From IMG/VR virus record IMGVR_UViG_3300048858_000036, positions 1 to 47,832 of that record: a stretch of 47,832 nucleotides of DNA; one strand, given 5' to 3'. Both the position numbers and the translations under genes were made by a program. The stretch's first letter is position 1; every line of letters starts with the position of its first letter. The DNA comes from a virus (lineage: Duplodnaviria; Caudoviricetes). Under the pieces are notes generated by a model. That model was not told where the DNA came from, ran no database searches, and saw only the letters and a list, made by a program, of their open reading frames with translations. Of the stretch, positions 46,001 through 47,832 are shown piece after piece.

Positions 46001-46629
46001 TGACACTACCCTTCAAGCACAAAGGCCCTCGAGTACTGTTAACCGAAGGCAAGAATGACTGCCATTTAATCTCATCTCTTTGTAACTATCACAACGTCCC
46101 TCAAAACTTTGGTCTTCATGAATGCGGTTCAGACTCTCTGGTAATCAAAAAGCTTGCCGCACTGATAGCAAGCTCTGAACCGATGGAGGTCATTGGAGTA
46201 GTACTAGATGCTGACAATCCTGGCATCCAAGGGAAGTGGCAAGCACTACGTCAAAGATTGGAGCCCGAAGGTTACGTAATTCCCGGCCAGCCCGATCACA
46301 ATGGCACGATCCTACGCTCTGAGGGTAAGCCGGTGATCGGCATATGGTTAATGCCTGATAACAATCTTGATGGAATGTTAGAGGACTTTTGCAAGCAGCT
46401 AGCTCACCCAGATGCAATTGAGTTCGCAGAGTCATGTGTGATGCAAGCAAGGGAGGGTGGCTTTTCAAGCTTCACCGAGACACATTGCGCAAAAGCAGCG
46501 ATCCACACCTATTTGGCCTGGCAAGACGAGCCTGGGATGCCAATGGGGATGGCTGTGACAGCTAGGGCGCTGGATCCGGAGCAACCAATCGCCCATCGGT
46601 TTAACGACTTTTTGAGGGCGCTCTTCTAG
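46000..46629 (+). CDS. TOPRIM-like protein (DUF3226-like)
   Basis: LLTEGKND, GVVLDAD and GMLED motifs; TAATG coupling to the ATPase gene. Confidence 0.82.
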   Translation: MTLPFKHKGPRVLLTEGKNDCHLISSLCNYHNVPQNFGLHECGSDSLVIKKLAALIASSEPMEVIGVVLDADNPGIQGKWQALRQRLEPEGYVIPGQPDHNGTILRSEGKPVIGIWLMPDNNLDGMLEDFCKQLAHPDAIEFAESCVMQAREGGFSSFTETHCAKAAIHTYLAWQDEPGMPMGMAVTARALDPEQPIAHRFNDFLRALF

Positions 46630-46942
46630 CTCAGTCTATAAGTGTGCTTCATGCAAACTTCGTGCATGTACGAACCTGCCGTTCGGCTGTTGACGGCTCA
46701 TCCGGCAGAAGCCCATTTGTAGATCAAGACGAATATCTAATCAGTACCAGAGAACTCATAAAACGACCCATTTACCTTGCTACCATCAATTCACCGCACC
46801 CGTGCTGACAGACCGTCTGCATTCGACTTGATGAGCACGGCCTTGGTGACGCCCGGTAGCGAACCAGCCATTGCGGCCGGTGACACAGGCAGAAATCGGC
46901 AAAAGAATATCGGCGTCTGTTCCCAATGCGATTTATATGGTT

Positions 46943-47830
46943 TCACGCATTCCGCAAACCTGATTCATCGACGACGGCTTCCGATTTCAGCATCTTCAAA
47001 ATCACTAAGGCAAAAGCACGGCTTTTTCTTTCGTTATCCAGCACCTCCAAGGACAGCTTCTCGTGGTCGGTCATCGCGTCCAGCACGGTGTCCAGCACGC
47101 GCTTGGGGAACAGGCCGTGCATCACCTGCTCCACCGAGTGGTTGTTCACTTGGGCCATCACATCTTCCTGGCGGCTGATGCGTTGGGCGATGCCGGTGAG
47201 GAACTGCAGCTGGTCGTCATCGCTCACCTCGGCCCCGAAGATATCGTTCAGCGCCTCGATGATCTCCGACAAGCGCTTCTTCTCCGGGTCATGCGGCTTG
47301 CCGCTGCCCACGTCGCTGCCGGGTTTGAGGGTGTAGTCGCCGTCTTCTTCGCTCAGGCGCAATTGATGTTCGGCGCGCTTGCTCAGGCGGTAGTGGCTCA
47401 ATTGCAGCTCGCCCACGTCCACGTCGTCTTGTTGCAGGCGGTCCACGCGCAGCAACGGGTGCAGGTGCTTGGCGTACACACAGAGCTGCTCCAACTCGCG
47501 ATCCTCATACGGAACGATCTGTGAGAGGAACTCGTACAGGCGCACAAAGCTCTGCAGGTTCTTGCGGAATAGGTCGAGCTGGTCCATCTGTTCGCCAGCT
47601 TCCTTCAGCGCGTGCTCGACCTTTTTCAGGCCGGCGCTGTCGCCATTGGCTTCGGCCGTCCGCTTGTAATCCAGCGCCTGCTGACGCGATTCGACTAAGA
47701 AGGCATAGCGCTTGGCAAAGCGCTCCTTGGCCGGCGTGCAGTAGTAACTGAGCTTACTGGCCGCTGCCTTGGGGTCGAAGAAGGCGATGGCGAACGCCTC
47801 GACCTCCTGCCAGTGATAGATACCCTCAGC
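46943..47830 (-). CDS. hsdR: Type I restriction endonuclease R subunit, C-terminal part (5' end outside the window)
   Basis: Frame is open from the window edge; FRKNLQSFVRLYEFLSQI and LSEIIEALNDIFG match HsdR C-termini as recalled. Helicase and nuclease motifs are not visible. Confidence 0.78.
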   Translation of the reverse strand, partial: AEGIYHWQEVEAFAIAFFDPKAAASKLSYYCTPAKERFAKRYAFLVESRQQALDYKRTAEANGDSAGLKKVEHALKEAGEQMDQLDLFRKNLQSFVRLYEFLSQIVPYEDRELEQLCVYAKHLHPLLRVDRLQQDDVDVGELQLSHYRLSKRAEHQLRLSEEDGDYTLKPGSDVGSGKPHDPEKKRLSEIIEALNDIFGAEVSDDDQLQFLTGIAQRISRQEDVMAQVNNHSVEQVMHGLFPKRVLDTVLDAMTDHEKLSLEVLDNERKSRAFALVILKMLKSEAVVDESGLRNA

Positions 47831-47832
47831 AT

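Larger units (their letters stand above)
42574..47832. mobile_element. Left part of a second genomic island at ssrA (defence-type cargo); extends beyond the window
   Basis: An integrase gene starts 112 bp after the ssrA 3' fragment, followed by ATPase/TOPRIM and type I restriction genes. Far end not visible. Confidence 0.75.

Overview
The window holds one apparently complete ~42.5 kb temperate siphovirus prophage, probably from a Pseudomonas-like host (inferred from the tmRNA 3' end and gene content). It is integrated at the 3' end of ssrA (tmRNA) and bounded by an identical 26-bp repeat at 84-109 and 42574-42599. It has an HK97-type head, a lambda-type non-contractile tail with a clear -1 frameshift in the chaperone gene, a cI/cro switch with five readable operators, an O-like initiator with iterons, DnaC and DnaB genes, a Q antiterminator and xis/int. 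Cargo includes hicAB, a DprA + PRTase pair (ShosTA-like) placed between int and the att site, a tail-region lipoprotein, an SGNH esterase and several orphan ORFs. Unusual points are a second, catalytically intact tyrosine recombinase coupled to dnaB in the early lytic operon, a lysis cassette split by ~22 kb, and a multi-stem non-coding leader before the holin. Right of the prophage a second ssrA-linked island begins, with its own integrase, an ABC-ATPase + TOPRIM pair (PARIS/OLD-like candidate defence system) and the 3' part of a type I restriction subunit gene. All calls come from motif reading and gene order only; no database searches were run.
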